Below are positions 9,060-19,834 of a stretch of DNA of 64,000 nucleotides, one piece after another (the stretch's first letter is position 1; every line of letters begins with the position of its first letter). The stretch is taken from the NCBI GenBank assembly GCA_943789305.1, contig CALSTP010000002.1, positions 21,173 to 85,172 of the forward strand. The letters are read 5' to 3'. The position numbers and the translations under genes were made by a program. The notes below the pieces were generated by a model that was not told where the DNA came from, ran no database searches, and saw nothing but the letters and a program-made list of their open reading frames with translations. The stretch comes from an uncultured Flavobacteriaceae bacterium. Lineage in GTDB: Bacteria > Bacteroidota > Bacteroidia > Flavobacteriales > Flavobacteriaceae.

Positions 9060-10931
9060 ATGTTCTCAAAACCTTATGATGTTATCGTTGTTGGAGGAGG
9101 TCATGCTGGAGCTGAAGCCGCAGCTGCATCCGCCAATATGGGATCTAATACTTTGCTTGTAACCATGAATTTGCAAACCATAGGTCAAATGTCCTGCAAT
9201 CCTGCAATGGGAGGAATAGCTAAGGGCCAAATAGTACGTGAAATTGATGCTCTTGGCGGGTATAGCGGAATAGTTTCCGATATCAGTGCGATACAATATA
9301 AAATGCTTAACCGCTCTAAGGGCCCTGCCATGTGGAGTCCACGCGTACAGTCAGACCGAATGATGTTTGCAGAAGCATGGAGGGTTCGACTAGAACATAC
9401 CCTTAACTTAGATTTCTACCAAGAAATGGTTCAAGACCTTCTTTTTGAAGGAGATGCTGTTGTTGGAGTTATAACAAGCCTTGGTCTTAAAATTTTCGCT
9501 AAATCAGTTATCTTAACCAATGGAACTTTTTTAAATGGTTTAATTCATATTGGCGAAAAAAATTTTGGTGGAGGAAGAGCAGGAGAAAGTGCTTCAACAG
9601 GCTTGACCTCCACCCTCATCAATAGAGGTTTTTCATCTGGCAGGATGAAGACGGGTACTCCCCCTCGAGTAGATGGACGTTCACTAGATTTTAATTCTAT
9701 GGAAGAACAACCCGGCGACGCCGAACCCTCTAAGTTCAGTTATTCACCTGAAACAACTCCTCTGACTAGCCAACGTTCTTGTCATATTACTTATACAAGT
9801 GATGAAGTTCACCAAACTTTGAGGTCAGGGTTTGATCGCTCTCCAATGTTCAATGGTAGCATCAAAAGTACTGGCCCAAGATATTGTCCATCAATTGAAG
9901 ATAAAGTTAACCGTTTTGCCGACAAAAATAGACATCAAATCTTCGTTGAGCCAGAAGGGTGGAATACGGTTGAATATTATATAAACGGATTTTCTACATC
10001 ATTGCCTGAAGATGTTCAATATGATGCCTTGCGTAAAGTAAAGGGTTTTGAAAACGTTAAGTTTTTCCGCCCCGGATATGCAATAGAATATGATTATTTC
10101 CAACCGACCCAATTGCAACACACCTTACAAACTAAACTCGTTAAAGGCTTGTTCTTTGCGGGTCAAATCAATGGTACAACTGGATATGAAGAGGCAGCAG
10201 CTCAAGGTTTGATAGCTGGGATTAACGCTCATAATTTTTTGAGTGGAGCATCAGAATTTATTTTAAAAAGAAGTGAAGCTTATATAGGGGTATTAATAGA
10301 CGATCTTATAACCAAAGGGACCGAGGAGCCTTATCGTATGTTTACCTCACGAGCAGAATACCGAACACTTCTTAGGCAAGACAATGCTGATCTCCGTTTA
10401 ACTCCTTTGGGACATTCGATAGGTCTTGCTAGTGATGAGCGATTGGCATCGGTCCAACACAAAATATCACAGACTGCGCTCCTCAAAGACTTTTATGAAA
10501 AAACAAGCGTGTCACCACAAGATGCAAATCCTTTTCTTGTGGCTAAGGGATCATCACCAATGCGTCAATCAGATAAAATGCTAAAAATCTATTCTCGCCC
10601 TAGGATTGATTTCAAGGACATGAACACTTTGCCCGAAGTTTCCTCTTTTATTGAACAATATAATATTGATAAAGACGTCCAGGAACAGGTTGAGGTACAA
10701 ATTAAATATTCGGGATATATAGAAAAAGAAAAGTCTAATGCAGATAAACTGAATCGCCTTGAAGCAGTAACCATACCCGCTTCATTTAATTATGATGCCT
10801 TAGCCTCTTTGTCTCATGAGGCAAAAGAAAAACTTAATTCCATCAGACCCAAAACAATCTCTCAAGCCTCAAGAATTAGCGGGATTAAGCCTAGTGATAT
10901 TAGTGTTCTTTTGGTTCAATTAGGAAGATAA
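9060..10931 (+). CDS. mnmG: tRNA U34 carboxymethylaminomethyl modification enzyme MnmG (GidA)
   Basis: VGGGHAGAEAA, MSCNPAMGG, GPRYCPSIEDK, GQINGTTGYEEAAAQG; ATG 9060 preferred over the TTG at 9027. Confidence 0.97.
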   Translation: MFSKPYDVIVVGGGHAGAEAAAASANMGSNTLLVTMNLQTIGQMSCNPAMGGIAKGQIVREIDALGGYSGIVSDISAIQYKMLNRSKGPAMWSPRVQSDRMMFAEAWRVRLEHTLNLDFYQEMVQDLLFEGDAVVGVITSLGLKIFAKSVILTNGTFLNGLIHIGEKNFGGGRAGESASTGLTSTLINRGFSSGRMKTGTPPRVDGRSLDFNSMEEQPGDAEPSKFSYSPETTPLTSQRSCHITYTSDEVHQTLRSGFDRSPMFNGSIKSTGPRYCPSIEDKVNRFADKNRHQIFVEPEGWNTVEYYINGFSTSLPEDVQYDALRKVKGFENVKFFRPGYAIEYDYFQPTQLQHTLQTKLVKGLFFAGQINGTTGYEEAAAQGLIAGINAHNFLSGASEFILKRSEAYIGVLIDDLITKGTEEPYRMFTSRAEYRTLLRQDNADLRLTPLGHSIGLASDERLASVQHKISQTALLKDFYEKTSVSPQDANPFLVAKGSSPMRQSDKMLKIYSRPRIDFKDMNTLPEVSSFIEQYNIDKDVQEQVEVQIKYSGYIEKEKSNADKLNRLEAVTIPASFNYDALASLSHEAKEKLNSIRPKTISQASRISGIKPSDISVLLVQLGR

Positions 10932-10947
10932 TGTTTCACGTGGAACA
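10932..10947. promoter_or_regulatory. parS site
   Basis: TGTTTCACGTGGAACA, exact reverse complement of the 9038 site. Confidence 0.9.
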
Positions 10948-10960
10948 TAAAAAAAAAGAG

Positions 10961-11800
10961 ATGAAAAAGGTAATTTGTTCAGCTAAAGATTATCTGGTTT
11001 CAGGGAAAACATTCTCAATAGTTTGGGATAGTTCAACTCAATATGCTCATACATATCCTAGACCTAAAGCAAATCAAATAGACTCTTATTACGCTTCAAA
11101 AGATTATATTTCTCATAATGATTCGAATAAAAGCTTTCTTTCAACTGCTTATCGTGTTGCTAGGAACTTAATGTTTGTTGTAAAATTTAAAATGTTTAAA
11201 GACCTCATCCCCCCCCATGGGAAAGTTCTGGACTATGGGTGCGGGACAGGAGATTTTTTAAAATACCTAACAAACAAAAAAATTAAAGGGCAGGGCGTTG
11301 AAACAAACGCATATGCTCGTGATCAATGTGAGCAAAAAAGTCTTGAGGTGTTTTCTTCATGGGGAAAACTGTCAAATGCAAAATATGATATGATAACATT
11401 TTGGCACGTTTTGGAGCATGTTTCAGATTTGGACGAATGTTTCCAATCAATTTGTAATTACCTCAAAAAAAAGGGCACTCTTTTAATAGCAGTTCCAAAT
11501 CTTAATTCTTTTGACGCTAAGTTTTATAAAGAATACTGGGCTGCTTATGATGTCCCAAGACATCTTTGGCATTTTTCTGAAGAAGGAATAAAAAGATTGG
11601 TTGAACCTTTTGGTTTTGAATTGACTCGAAAACATCCCTTGCTATTAGATGCTTTATACATAGCTTGTATATCTGAAAAGCACAAAGGCTCTCGGTTGCC
11701 TATATTACGCGGTTTGTTCAGAGGATTACAGTCGAATATAAGGGCATATAGTTCTGGGGAGTATTCATCTTTGGTATATGTTTTTAAGAACACAAATTAA
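10961..11800 (+). CDS. Class I SAM-dependent methyltransferase
   Basis: VLDYGCGTG and WHVLEH; start moved to ATG 10961 because the MFHVEH extension is the parS sequence. Confidence 0.85.
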   Translation: MKKVICSAKDYLVSGKTFSIVWDSSTQYAHTYPRPKANQIDSYYASKDYISHNDSNKSFLSTAYRVARNLMFVVKFKMFKDLIPPHGKVLDYGCGTGDFLKYLTNKKIKGQGVETNAYARDQCEQKSLEVFSSWGKLSNAKYDMITFWHVLEHVSDLDECFQSICNYLKKKGTLLIAVPNLNSFDAKFYKEYWAAYDVPRHLWHFSEEGIKRLVEPFGFELTRKHPLLLDALYIACISEKHKGSRLPILRGLFRGLQSNIRAYSSGEYSSLVYVFKNTN

Positions 11801-11801
11801 T

Positions 11802-12944
11802 TTAAATTTCTTTTTTGTTTAAGATTCGAGTCATCCGCAAGGCAAAATCAGAGAAAAGTATTTTCCCGTTCGCATTCCGATCAATCGCATAAGTTGTTTC
11901 TTCCATAAGCTGGATTAATTCTTGGGCATTACCACCATGAACAAAGGGTGCAAATTTTTCTATTTTGAATCCAGTTAAGGGTTTAAAATTAACAAGAGAA
12001 TCTGCACGGTAAGAAAACAATAAGGCCTGTCTTATAAAATTAAGACAGTATAAAAGAAATTCTTTTTGAATCGTCCTTCCAAAGGCACCAACTGTATTTG
12101 CCCAAGACATAAGGTCAATTACAACGCTTTTATTCCCACTTGCTCTGAATGCGCATCTTAAACATTGTACAAAAAGATTTTCAAATTCTTTTTGTTGTTC
12201 AATATTTTCAAAAAATTTCAAGGCTTTTCCTAAGCTACCTTCAGAATTTGTTGCATAAAATTCAGCAAGCTTATGTTCACAACCTCTACTTATTAAAAAG
12301 GATCTAATTTCTTCTGGAGCTATAGGCTTAAGAGTTGAGATTTGACATCGTGATTTTATTGTAGGTAACAAGTTCAACTCATTTTTGGAAACGAAAATAA
12401 AAAATGTTCTGGACGGAGGCTCTTCTATTAATTTCAATAGTTTATTACCGGATTGAAGATTTAATTTTTCAACCCCCCAAAGAACACAAACTTTTGCTCC
12501 TCCAGAAAAAGATTTAAGATGTAAATTTTTATACAATATGTCGATCTCTTCAACGCTTATGTTGCCTTGTTTATTTTCGGATCCTATGGACAACATCCAG
12601 TCATTTGAATTTCCATAGGGAGTCTCCGAAACAAAGTTTCTCCACTGTTTTATGTAATCTGAACATTTTGGTTTACTGCTGATCGTAGCTGAGGTTGCTA
12701 CTGGAAATATAAAATGAATATCAGGGTGTTCTAAAAAAAATGAAGACTCCTTTTTTTCATTTTGATGCTTTTCAATAAGTTTTTTGTCCCATAATAATTC
12801 AAGACCAAAAGCAACAGCTAAATCTAGACCACCACGACCTGAAGCATCTATAAAACACTGAGCATGAGGCACTTGCGTTTGTTTAAGAGAAGAAAAGAGT
12901 TTTTCTTTTAAATCATTTTGCCCAATTACTCTATCTAAAAACAT
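11802..12944 (-). CDS. holB: DNA polymerase III subunit delta'
   Basis: HPDIHFIFP, NKLLKLIEEPP, LLPTIKSRCQ. Confidence 0.88.
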   Translation of the reverse strand: MFLDRVIGQNDLKEKLFSSLKQTQVPHAQCFIDASGRGGLDLAVAFGLELLWDKKLIEKHQNEKKESSFFLEHPDIHFIFPVATSATISSKPKCSDYIKQWRNFVSETPYGNSNDWMLSIGSENKQGNISVEEIDILYKNLHLKSFSGGAKVCVLWGVEKLNLQSGNKLLKLIEEPPSRTFFIFVSKNELNLLPTIKSRCQISTLKPIAPEEIRSFLISRGCEHKLAEFYATNSEGSLGKALKFFENIEQQKEFENLFVQCLRCAFRASGNKSVVIDLMSWANTVGAFGRTIQKEFLLYCLNFIRQALLFSYRADSLVNFKPLTGFKIEKFAPFVHGGNAQELIQLMEETTYAIDRNANGKILFSDFALRMTRILNKKEI

Positions 12945-13032
12945 TCCTAAAGATACTATAAAATTAATTTCAAATGCCTAACATTCAAATACCAGCAGTT
13001 GAAGAGAATTCTTTATTTTTGCAAAAATTTTT

Positions 13033-14223
13033 ATGATGAATACCCTTAATAAACTATCACTCAACAACGAAAAAGTACTAATTCGTGTAGATTTTAATGT
13101 GCCTTTGAACGATCAAGGTAAGATAACAGATGACACAAGGATACGAGCGGCAAAACCTACAATTGATTACGTTCTTTCTAAGGGAGGCAGTTGTATTTTG
13201 ATGTCGCATTTGGGCCGTCCAGAAGGAAAAAACCCTAAATTTTCTTTAAGTCAAATCCAAGATAAAGTATCCGAAATTTTAGAAGTACCGGTAATTTTTG
13301 CCGAAGATTGTATCGGTAAAGAGGCCCAAGAGAGGGCAAATTCGCTTCAAAATGGACAAGTTTTACTTTTAGAAAATCTGCGTTTTTATAAAGAAGAAAC
13401 AAAAGGGGACAAGAGTTTTGCCAAGCAACTTTCAAAACTTGGTTCGGTTTATGTAAATGATGCTTTTGGAACAGCTCATAGAGCACATGCTTCAACAGCA
13501 GTAATCGCCTCTTTTTTTCAAAAGAAAAAAGTTTTGGGAAAACTTTTGGAACAAGAAGTTTCGGCAATTGATAAAGTGATGAATACAGGTAAAAAACCCG
13601 TTTTAGCAATATTAGGAGGGGCTAAAGTTTCCTCAAAAATCACTATAATTGAAAACATATTAGACAAAATAGACCACCTTATTATAGGGGGTGGAATGGC
13701 CTATACTTTTGTTAAGGCACAAGGCGGAACTATTGGTGATTCTTTGTGTGAAGATGACTATCTGCAGTACACAAAAGATTTATTGGCTTTAGCGGCTGAA
13801 AAGAAGGTACAAATCCACCTACCAATAGATGTTATATGTGCCAAAGAATTTGATAACGATTCAAACAGTCAAATTAAACCCATTGATTCCATTCCAGAAA
13901 AATGGATGGGCTTAGATTCTGGTCCAGAAAGTATCAACAAATTCAAGTCCGTTATTTTAGAGTCAAAAACAATATTATGGAATGGCCCTGTTGGCGTTTT
14001 TGAATTTTCTAATTTCGCTAAGGGAACAATTGCGCTAGGAGAGGCCATTGCAGAAAGTACAGTAAATGGAGCTTTTTCACTTGTAGGAGGAGGAGACTCA
14101 GTAGCTGCAGTTAAACAATTTGGTTTTCAAAATCAAGTGAGCTATGTTTCAACAGGTGGAGGAGCTATGCTAGAAAGCCTTGAAGGCAAGGATTTGCCGG
14201 GGATTGCTGCTTTAAGAGCTTGA
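13033..14223 (+). CDS. pgk: Phosphoglycerate kinase
   Basis: RVDFNVP, LLENLRF, NDAFGTAHRAH, STGGGAMLE. Confidence 0.97.
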   Translation: MMNTLNKLSLNNEKVLIRVDFNVPLNDQGKITDDTRIRAAKPTIDYVLSKGGSCILMSHLGRPEGKNPKFSLSQIQDKVSEILEVPVIFAEDCIGKEAQERANSLQNGQVLLLENLRFYKEETKGDKSFAKQLSKLGSVYVNDAFGTAHRAHASTAVIASFFQKKKVLGKLLEQEVSAIDKVMNTGKKPVLAILGGAKVSSKITIIENILDKIDHLIIGGGMAYTFVKAQGGTIGDSLCEDDYLQYTKDLLALAAEKKVQIHLPIDVICAKEFDNDSNSQIKPIDSIPEKWMGLDSGPESINKFKSVILESKTILWNGPVGVFEFSNFAKGTIALGEAIAESTVNGAFSLVGGGDSVAAVKQFGFQNQVSYVSTGGGAMLESLEGKDLPGIAALRA

Positions 14224-14299
14224 TGATAAGACAATCTTAAAGCCACTTAAATGGAATGATTTTTGATCGTTTTAATACATAAAACAACAGACTGGTATT

Positions 14300-15274
14300 A
14301 TGAAAAAACTTTTTCTTCTTCTGACCATAGCCATAATTGGCTGTTCGCCCAAAAGAGCAGAACGTTATGTTCCTGATTCAAACGGGAATTTAAATCACGT
14401 TACTGTTGTGATGACCAATGCCCAATGGACAGGGAATCTAGGAGAAACAGTTCGCAAAGAATTAGCCTCAGAATATGAAGGCCTTCCAATGAATGAACCG
14501 AGGTTCTCTCTAAATTATCTTCACCCTAAAAATTTTGGTGGTTTTGCACGAAATAGCAGAAATATTCTTTGGTTTATAAAGGACAGCCTAGCTCGTTTTG
14601 ATCTCAAGGAAAACCCTTTTGCACGACCACAAATAGTTGCTTCCTTTAGAGGAGAAGATGAAGAAATTATGCAAGAATATGTTCGAGAAAACAAACAACT
14701 TATTTTAGGTTTGTTTCAAGAAAACGAACGAAAAGAAAAATTGAGACGAATCCGCAAAGCTATATCAAAAGACAATAGTTTGGAAAAGCGTTTCAATTTT
14801 AGTTTGACCTATCCTACCGCCTATAAAACCGTAAAGGATACATTCAATTTTATTTGGATTGAAAAACAAATACAAAAAGGGACTCTAAACTTGATCGCAT
14901 ATACATTACCATATAAAGAATTATCTCCGAACCCTTTGAATAAAATCATAAGCATTAGGGATTCTATAGGCAAGATATATGTTCCAGGGAGACTTCCAGA
15001 AAGCCATATGATTACAGAGAAAGCTTACCTTCCCTATGTTTATAAAACGAAATTGGGTAAAAATGAAGCATATTTGACAAAAGGGATGTGGGAAGTTAAA
15101 AAAGATTTTATGGCAGGGCCATTTGTAAATTATATGGTTAAGAATGTACTAGCTAAAAAATGGATAGTAATCGAAGGATTTGCTTTTGCACCTTCGATGA
15201 GTAAGAGAGATTATATGTTTGAATTAAACACCATTATATCCTCTTTTAGTCAAGAGACTAAAAAAGAAAATTAA
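14300..15274 (+). CDS. DUF4837-like lipoprotein
   Basis: Lipobox IIGC; C-terminal [17 protein letters not shown]...[12 protein letters not shown]. Confidence 0.7.
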   Translation: MKKLFLLLTIAIIGCSPKRAERYVPDSNGNLNHVTVVMTNAQWTGNLGETVRKELASEYEGLPMNEPRFSLNYLHPKNFGGFARNSRNILWFIKDSLARFDLKENPFARPQIVASFRGEDEEIMQEYVRENKQLILGLFQENERKEKLRRIRKAISKDNSLEKRFNFSLTYPTAYKTVKDTFNFIWIEKQIQKGTLNLIAYTLPYKELSPNPLNKIISIRDSIGKIYVPGRLPESHMITEKAYLPYVYKTKLGKNEAYLTKGMWEVKKDFMAGPFVNYMVKNVLAKKWIVIEGFAFAPSMSKRDYMFELNTIISSFSQETKKEN

Positions 15275-15468
15275 TCTTTTTTATTTTCAATTTTTGAAGA
15301 ATCTTCCTCATCTTCTTTAGTAGCATTTTTAAATTCTTTGATTCCGCTTCCAAGACCACGCATCAACTCAGGAATTTTTCTACCACCAAAAAGTAATAAA
15401 ACAACAATAACAATGAGGATTATTTGTGGACCTCCTATCATTCCTAAAAAATTTATTAAACTTATCAT
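15271..15468 (-). CDS. tatA: Twin-arginine translocase TatA
   Basis: [23 protein letters not shown]. Confidence 0.93.
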   Translation of the reverse strand: MISLINFLGMIGGPQIILIVIVVLLLFGGRKIPELMRGLGSGIKEFKNATKEDEEDSSKIENKKD

Positions 15469-15576
15469 ATCATTGATTTTTCACAAATGTAAAAATAAAA
15501 ATTATAGGGGATCTATATTTTGTGGAAGTAAAGCAGTAATTTTTAAACTAGGGTTTCTTTATATTTGTATTCTATC

Positions 15577-16452
15577 ATGAAAAAAACAACGGAAAAAAGA
15601 GGAAAACTCAAACAAAAACTATTAAATAAGTATCGATTAGTAGTGTTAAACGAAGAAACCTTCGAGGAACAATTATATTTTCGATTGACTCGTTTAAATG
15701 TGATGATTATTTCTATCCTTTTAATCTCAATCTTTGTAGTAGGAACTTTTTTTTTAATCGCATCTACCCCATTAAAAGAACTTATGCCAGGCTATTCTTC
15801 TACTGAGATGAGAGCTCAAACCGCAGAAAATGCCTTTAAATTAGACTCTTTAAGCAGAGCTTACGATCAGTCGATACGTTATTTAAATTCGATTCAAAGG
15901 GTATTGGTGGGTGATTTGAAATTTGATGATTTAGAAGAAAGTAAAACAGAACTCGAGACCTTTCAAAAAAGACCAAAGCAAATAGCTTCAACAAGTATAG
16001 ATGATTCATTGCTTCGGGCAATCGTACACCAAGAGGATAAATATAACCTTCCAGGAAATTCTAAGAACAAAGTTGATTTTGTCCTTTTTCCTCCGGCTCA
16101 AGGCAGTCTGTCTCAAACATATGACCCAGCAAACAAGCATTTTGCTGTTGATGTGGTTCTTAATGAAAACGATCCCGTTAAAGCTGTAGCAGAAGGAACA
16201 GTAATATTCTCGGAATGGACTTCAGGGACTGGTCATGTCATCATCATTGAGCACCCCTTTGGATTGATTTCTGCTTATAAACACAATGCTTCTTTAAGCA
16301 AGCAACAGGGAGATTTTGTAAAAGCAGGAGAAGTCATAGCCACAGCAGGAAATACGGGTGAGTTCACAACAGGATGGCATTTACATTTTGAACTTTGGAG
16401 CGATGGATACCCCATGAATCCTGAGAATTTTATTGATTTTTCAAAAGAATAG
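15577..16452 (+). CDS. M23 family metallopeptidase
   Basis: HFAVD, YKHN and HLHFELW motifs, N-terminal TM; ATG 15577 lies downstream of TATATTTG at 15560. Confidence 0.88.
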   Translation: MKKTTEKRGKLKQKLLNKYRLVVLNEETFEEQLYFRLTRLNVMIISILLISIFVVGTFFLIASTPLKELMPGYSSTEMRAQTAENAFKLDSLSRAYDQSIRYLNSIQRVLVGDLKFDDLEESKTELETFQKRPKQIASTSIDDSLLRAIVHQEDKYNLPGNSKNKVDFVLFPPAQGSLSQTYDPANKHFAVDVVLNENDPVKAVAEGTVIFSEWTSGTGHVIIIEHPFGLISAYKHNASLSKQQGDFVKAGEVIATAGNTGEFTTGWHLHFELWSDGYPMNPENFIDFSKE

Positions 16453-16455
16453 TAT

Positions 16456-17940
16456 ATGAAGCAAATAGCAGCAAAACTTTTTGCTAAAATTATACATGCA
16501 AGAAATCAAAGGTGGATAAAAAACCCTGTTAAGTCACAAGAAAAAACGTTTCAAAAACTAATTGCAACTGCTCGTGAAACTACCTTTGGAAAAGATCACA
16601 ATTTTAAATCCATCAATACTCCCGCCGATTTCATAAAATATGTACCAATAAGGGATTATGAGGAATTGAGTCCTTACATTGACAGAATGGTTGCTGGAGA
16701 AGAAAATATTTTGTGGCCCGGTAAGCCAATTTATTTTTCGAAAACAAGTGGAACCACATCAGGAGCAAAATACATTCCAATTACCAAAGAGTCTATGCCC
16801 ACTCATATCATCGCAGCTCGGGATGCGCTGCTCAGTTATATCTATCGAACTGGAAAAACAAGCTTTTTAAAAGGGAAACAAATTTTTATTCAAGGGAGCC
16901 CCGAGCTAGAAGACAAAAATGGAGTTGCATTGGGACGTTTATCAGGTATTGTAGCTCATTATGTTCCTCGGTACTTACAAAAAAACAGAATGCCCAGTTG
17001 GAAAACAAATTGCATAGACGATTGGGAGCACAAAGTAGACAAGATTGTTGAAGAAACTTTAACCAAAAACATGACTTTAATAGGAGGAATACCTTCATGG
17101 ATTCAGATGTATTTTGAAAAATTAAAAAAGAGAACAAATAAAAATGTTGGGGACATATTTAAAGATTTTTCTCTTTTGGTTTATGGTGGAGTTAATTTTG
17201 AACCCTACAAAAGTGTATTTAATAATCTTATTGGGCGAAAGGTAGATACAATTGAGCTGTTTCCCGCATCAGAAGGGTTTTTTGCATATCAAGATCTTTC
17301 AGAACAAGACGGCCTTCTTTTGTTGTTAAACAACTATATTTTTTATGAATTTATTCGAGTTGATCAGATTCAGCAAGAAAATTCAAAACGTTATTTATTG
17401 CATGAAATAGAATTGGGAGTAAATTATGCACTTATAATTTCGACAAGCGCAGGACTTTGGGCATACAATATTGGAGACACCGTTTGCTTTGTGTCTAAGT
17501 CACCCTACAGATTAGTTGTTACAGGGAGAATCAAACATTTTATTTCTGCTTTTGGAGAACATGTAATTGGAAAAGAAGTAGAGACAGCCCTTAAAAATGC
17601 AACAGAAGGCACCGATATTCGTGTTCGTGAGTTTACAGTTGCACCTCAAGTGAAACCAGATAAAGGTTTACCATACCACGAATGGTGTATTGAATTTGAC
17701 CTTCCACCAAAAGATATTGAGGCCTTTGAAAAGGTATTGGACTATGAAATGGAAAAACAGAATGTTTATTATCAAGACTTGATTCAAGGAAAAGTTCTTA
17801 GGAAACTTGTTGTTAAACCAATTGTAAATCAAGGTTTTGAAGCCTATATGAAATCCATAGGAAAACTTGGAGGACAGAACAAAGTACCGCGTTTATCTAA
17901 CGACCGTAAAATAGCTGATGCTTTAATAAAACAAGATTAA
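16456..17940 (+). CDS. GH3 auxin-responsive-like acyl-adenylate-forming family protein
   Basis: KTSGTTSGAKYIP, ASEGFFA, AGLWAYNIGD, GGQNKVPRL. Confidence 0.88.
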   Translation: MKQIAAKLFAKIIHARNQRWIKNPVKSQEKTFQKLIATARETTFGKDHNFKSINTPADFIKYVPIRDYEELSPYIDRMVAGEENILWPGKPIYFSKTSGTTSGAKYIPITKESMPTHIIAARDALLSYIYRTGKTSFLKGKQIFIQGSPELEDKNGVALGRLSGIVAHYVPRYLQKNRMPSWKTNCIDDWEHKVDKIVEETLTKNMTLIGGIPSWIQMYFEKLKKRTNKNVGDIFKDFSLLVYGGVNFEPYKSVFNNLIGRKVDTIELFPASEGFFAYQDLSEQDGLLLLLNNYIFYEFIRVDQIQQENSKRYLLHEIELGVNYALIISTSAGLWAYNIGDTVCFVSKSPYRLVVTGRIKHFISAFGEHVIGKEVETALKNATEGTDIRVREFTVAPQVKPDKGLPYHEWCIEFDLPPKDIEAFEKVLDYEMEKQNVYYQDLIQGKVLRKLVVKPIVNQGFEAYMKSIGKLGGQNKVPRLSNDRKIADALIKQD

Positions 17941-17943
17941 ACT

Positions 17944-18963
17944 ATGCAAGGAACATCAATACTCATAACAGGAGGGCTCGGGTTTATAGGCTCCAACTTT
18001 GTAGACTATCTGATAGAAACTAAGCGAGATCAAGGCCTATTGATATTAGATAAAAAAACTTATGCAGCTGATCTAAAAGCACTTGATCGATGGAAGCAAA
18101 ACACTAAAGTTTGTTTTGTAGAAGGTGACATTTGTGATGCAATTCTTTTGAAAAAGCTTTTCCAAAAGAACAAAATTCAAGGAATTATTCATTTTGCTGC
18201 AGAATCACATGTCGATAATTCGATCAGTGGGCCAAAGGATTTTGTAGAAACTAATATTATGGGAACTTTCCGGCTTTTAGAAGCTTCACGAAAAAGCTGG
18301 TTAGATAATAATCAAAAGTTAAAACCAGCTTTTAAATCAGCTCGTTTTCATCATATTTCGACAGACGAAGTATATGGAGCTCTTGGATTAAAAGGGGCTT
18401 TTACAGAAAAATCACCCTATGCCCCCAATAGCCCTTACAGCGCATCCAAGGCAGCCTCAGATCATTTAGTCCGAAGCTATTTTCATACTTATGGTTTACC
18501 GGTTGTGACTACGAATTGTTCAAATAATTTTGGACCATATCAACATCATGAAAAATTGATACCAACAATCATTAGAAAAGCAATTCATGAAGAACCAATT
18601 CCAATCTATGGAACTGGAGAAAATATTAGAGATTGGCTTTTTGTAAAAGACCACTGTAAAGCAATTCAAACGGTTTTTGAAAGAGGAGTTTTGGGACAAG
18701 TTTATGCAGTTGGCGGAGATAATGAAAAAACCAATCTGGAGTTATGTAATGCGGTAATTAAAATTTTAGATCAAATTGAACCTAGATCCAATGGAGAATC
18801 ATACTCCAAATTAATAACTCATGTCACCGATCGATTGGGGCATGACTACCGATATGCTATTGATGCAACTAAAATAAAAAAGGATTTAAAATGGCTTCCT
18901 CAAACCCCTTTTGAAGAAGGGCTAAAAATCACTGTGGAACACTACCTTACCAAAAGAAAATAA
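17944..18963 (+). CDS. rfbB: dTDP-glucose 4,6-dehydratase
   Basis: GGLGFIGSNF, HFAAESHVD, HISTDEVYG, YSASK. Confidence 0.95.
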   Translation: MQGTSILITGGLGFIGSNFVDYLIETKRDQGLLILDKKTYAADLKALDRWKQNTKVCFVEGDICDAILLKKLFQKNKIQGIIHFAAESHVDNSISGPKDFVETNIMGTFRLLEASRKSWLDNNQKLKPAFKSARFHHISTDEVYGALGLKGAFTEKSPYAPNSPYSASKAASDHLVRSYFHTYGLPVVTTNCSNNFGPYQHHEKLIPTIIRKAIHEEPIPIYGTGENIRDWLFVKDHCKAIQTVFERGVLGQVYAVGGDNEKTNLELCNAVIKILDQIEPRSNGESYSKLITHVTDRLGHDYRYAIDATKIKKDLKWLPQTPFEEGLKITVEHYLTKRK

Positions 18964-18973
18964 AACAAGAATT

Positions 18974-19834
18974 ATGAAAGGAATTATCTTAGCAGGAGGA
19001 AAGGGAACGCGATTATATCCGTTGACCAAAGCGGTAAGCAAGCAACTTATGCCTATTTATGATAAACCGATGATTTATTATCCTCTGGCAACTTTAATTG
19101 AAGCTGGAATTCATGAAATCTTGATTATTACAACCCCAGATGACCTTCCCTTGTATCGAAGACTTTTAGGAAATGGATCTAGAATAGGATGCTCTTTTTC
19201 TTATAAAGAACAACCAGAGCCAAACGGTTTGGCACAAGCCTTTATTTTGGGGGAAAAATTTATAAACAACGATCCTGTTGCTTTAATTTTGGGAGACAAT
19301 TTATTTTACGGGACACATTTTATTGAGCAATTAAAAAAATACGCTACTTATGATGGGGGAATGATTTTTGCCAGTAAAGTAAGTGATCCACACCGTTATG
19401 GAATAGTTCAATTTGACTCCAATAAAAAAGCAATTAATATAGAAGAAAAACCAACCCATCCAAAGTCTTCTTTTGCTGTACCTGGAATTTATTTTTATGA
19501 TAACACAGTTGTGAAAAAAGCAAAAAAATTAAAACCAAGTAAAAGGGGAGAACTCGAAATCACGGATCTTAACCGATTGTATATGGATGAAGATTGCTTG
19601 CATGTTGAGGTTTTGGATCATGGAACAGCATGGCTAGATACAGGAACGATTGAATCATTAATGGAGGCCAGTCAGTTTGTACAGGTTATTCAATCTAGAC
19701 AAGGGATTCTTGTTGGCGCTATCGAAGCTGCGGCATATCATTCTGAAGCTATTGGCAAAGACAAGCTGAGTGATTTGGCAGAAGAACTTAAAGGAACTGT
19801 ATATGGAAATTTTCTAAAGTCATTAATTTTATGA
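18974..19834 (+). CDS. rfbA: Glucose-1-phosphate thymidylyltransferase
   Basis: GIILAGGKGTRLYP, KQLMPIYDKPMIYYP, GELEITD. Confidence 0.96.
   Translation: MKGIILAGGKGTRLYPLTKAVSKQLMPIYDKPMIYYPLATLIEAGIHEILIITTPDDLPLYRRLLGNGSRIGCSFSYKEQPEPNGLAQAFILGEKFINNDPVALILGDNLFYGTHFIEQLKKYATYDGGMIFASKVSDPHRYGIVQFDSNKKAINIEEKPTHPKSSFAVPGIYFYDNTVVKKAKKLKPSKRGELEITDLNRLYMDEDCLHVEVLDHGTAWLDTGTIESLMEASQFVQVIQSRQGILVGAIEAAAYHSEAIGKDKLSDLAEELKGTVYGNFLKSLIL

Noticed and set aside
10931-10960. MFHVEH N-terminal extension of the methyltransferase, and the MPSNVPRET extension of MnmG at 9027
   Set aside because: Both are translations of parS DNA; better ATG starts exist at 10961 and 9060
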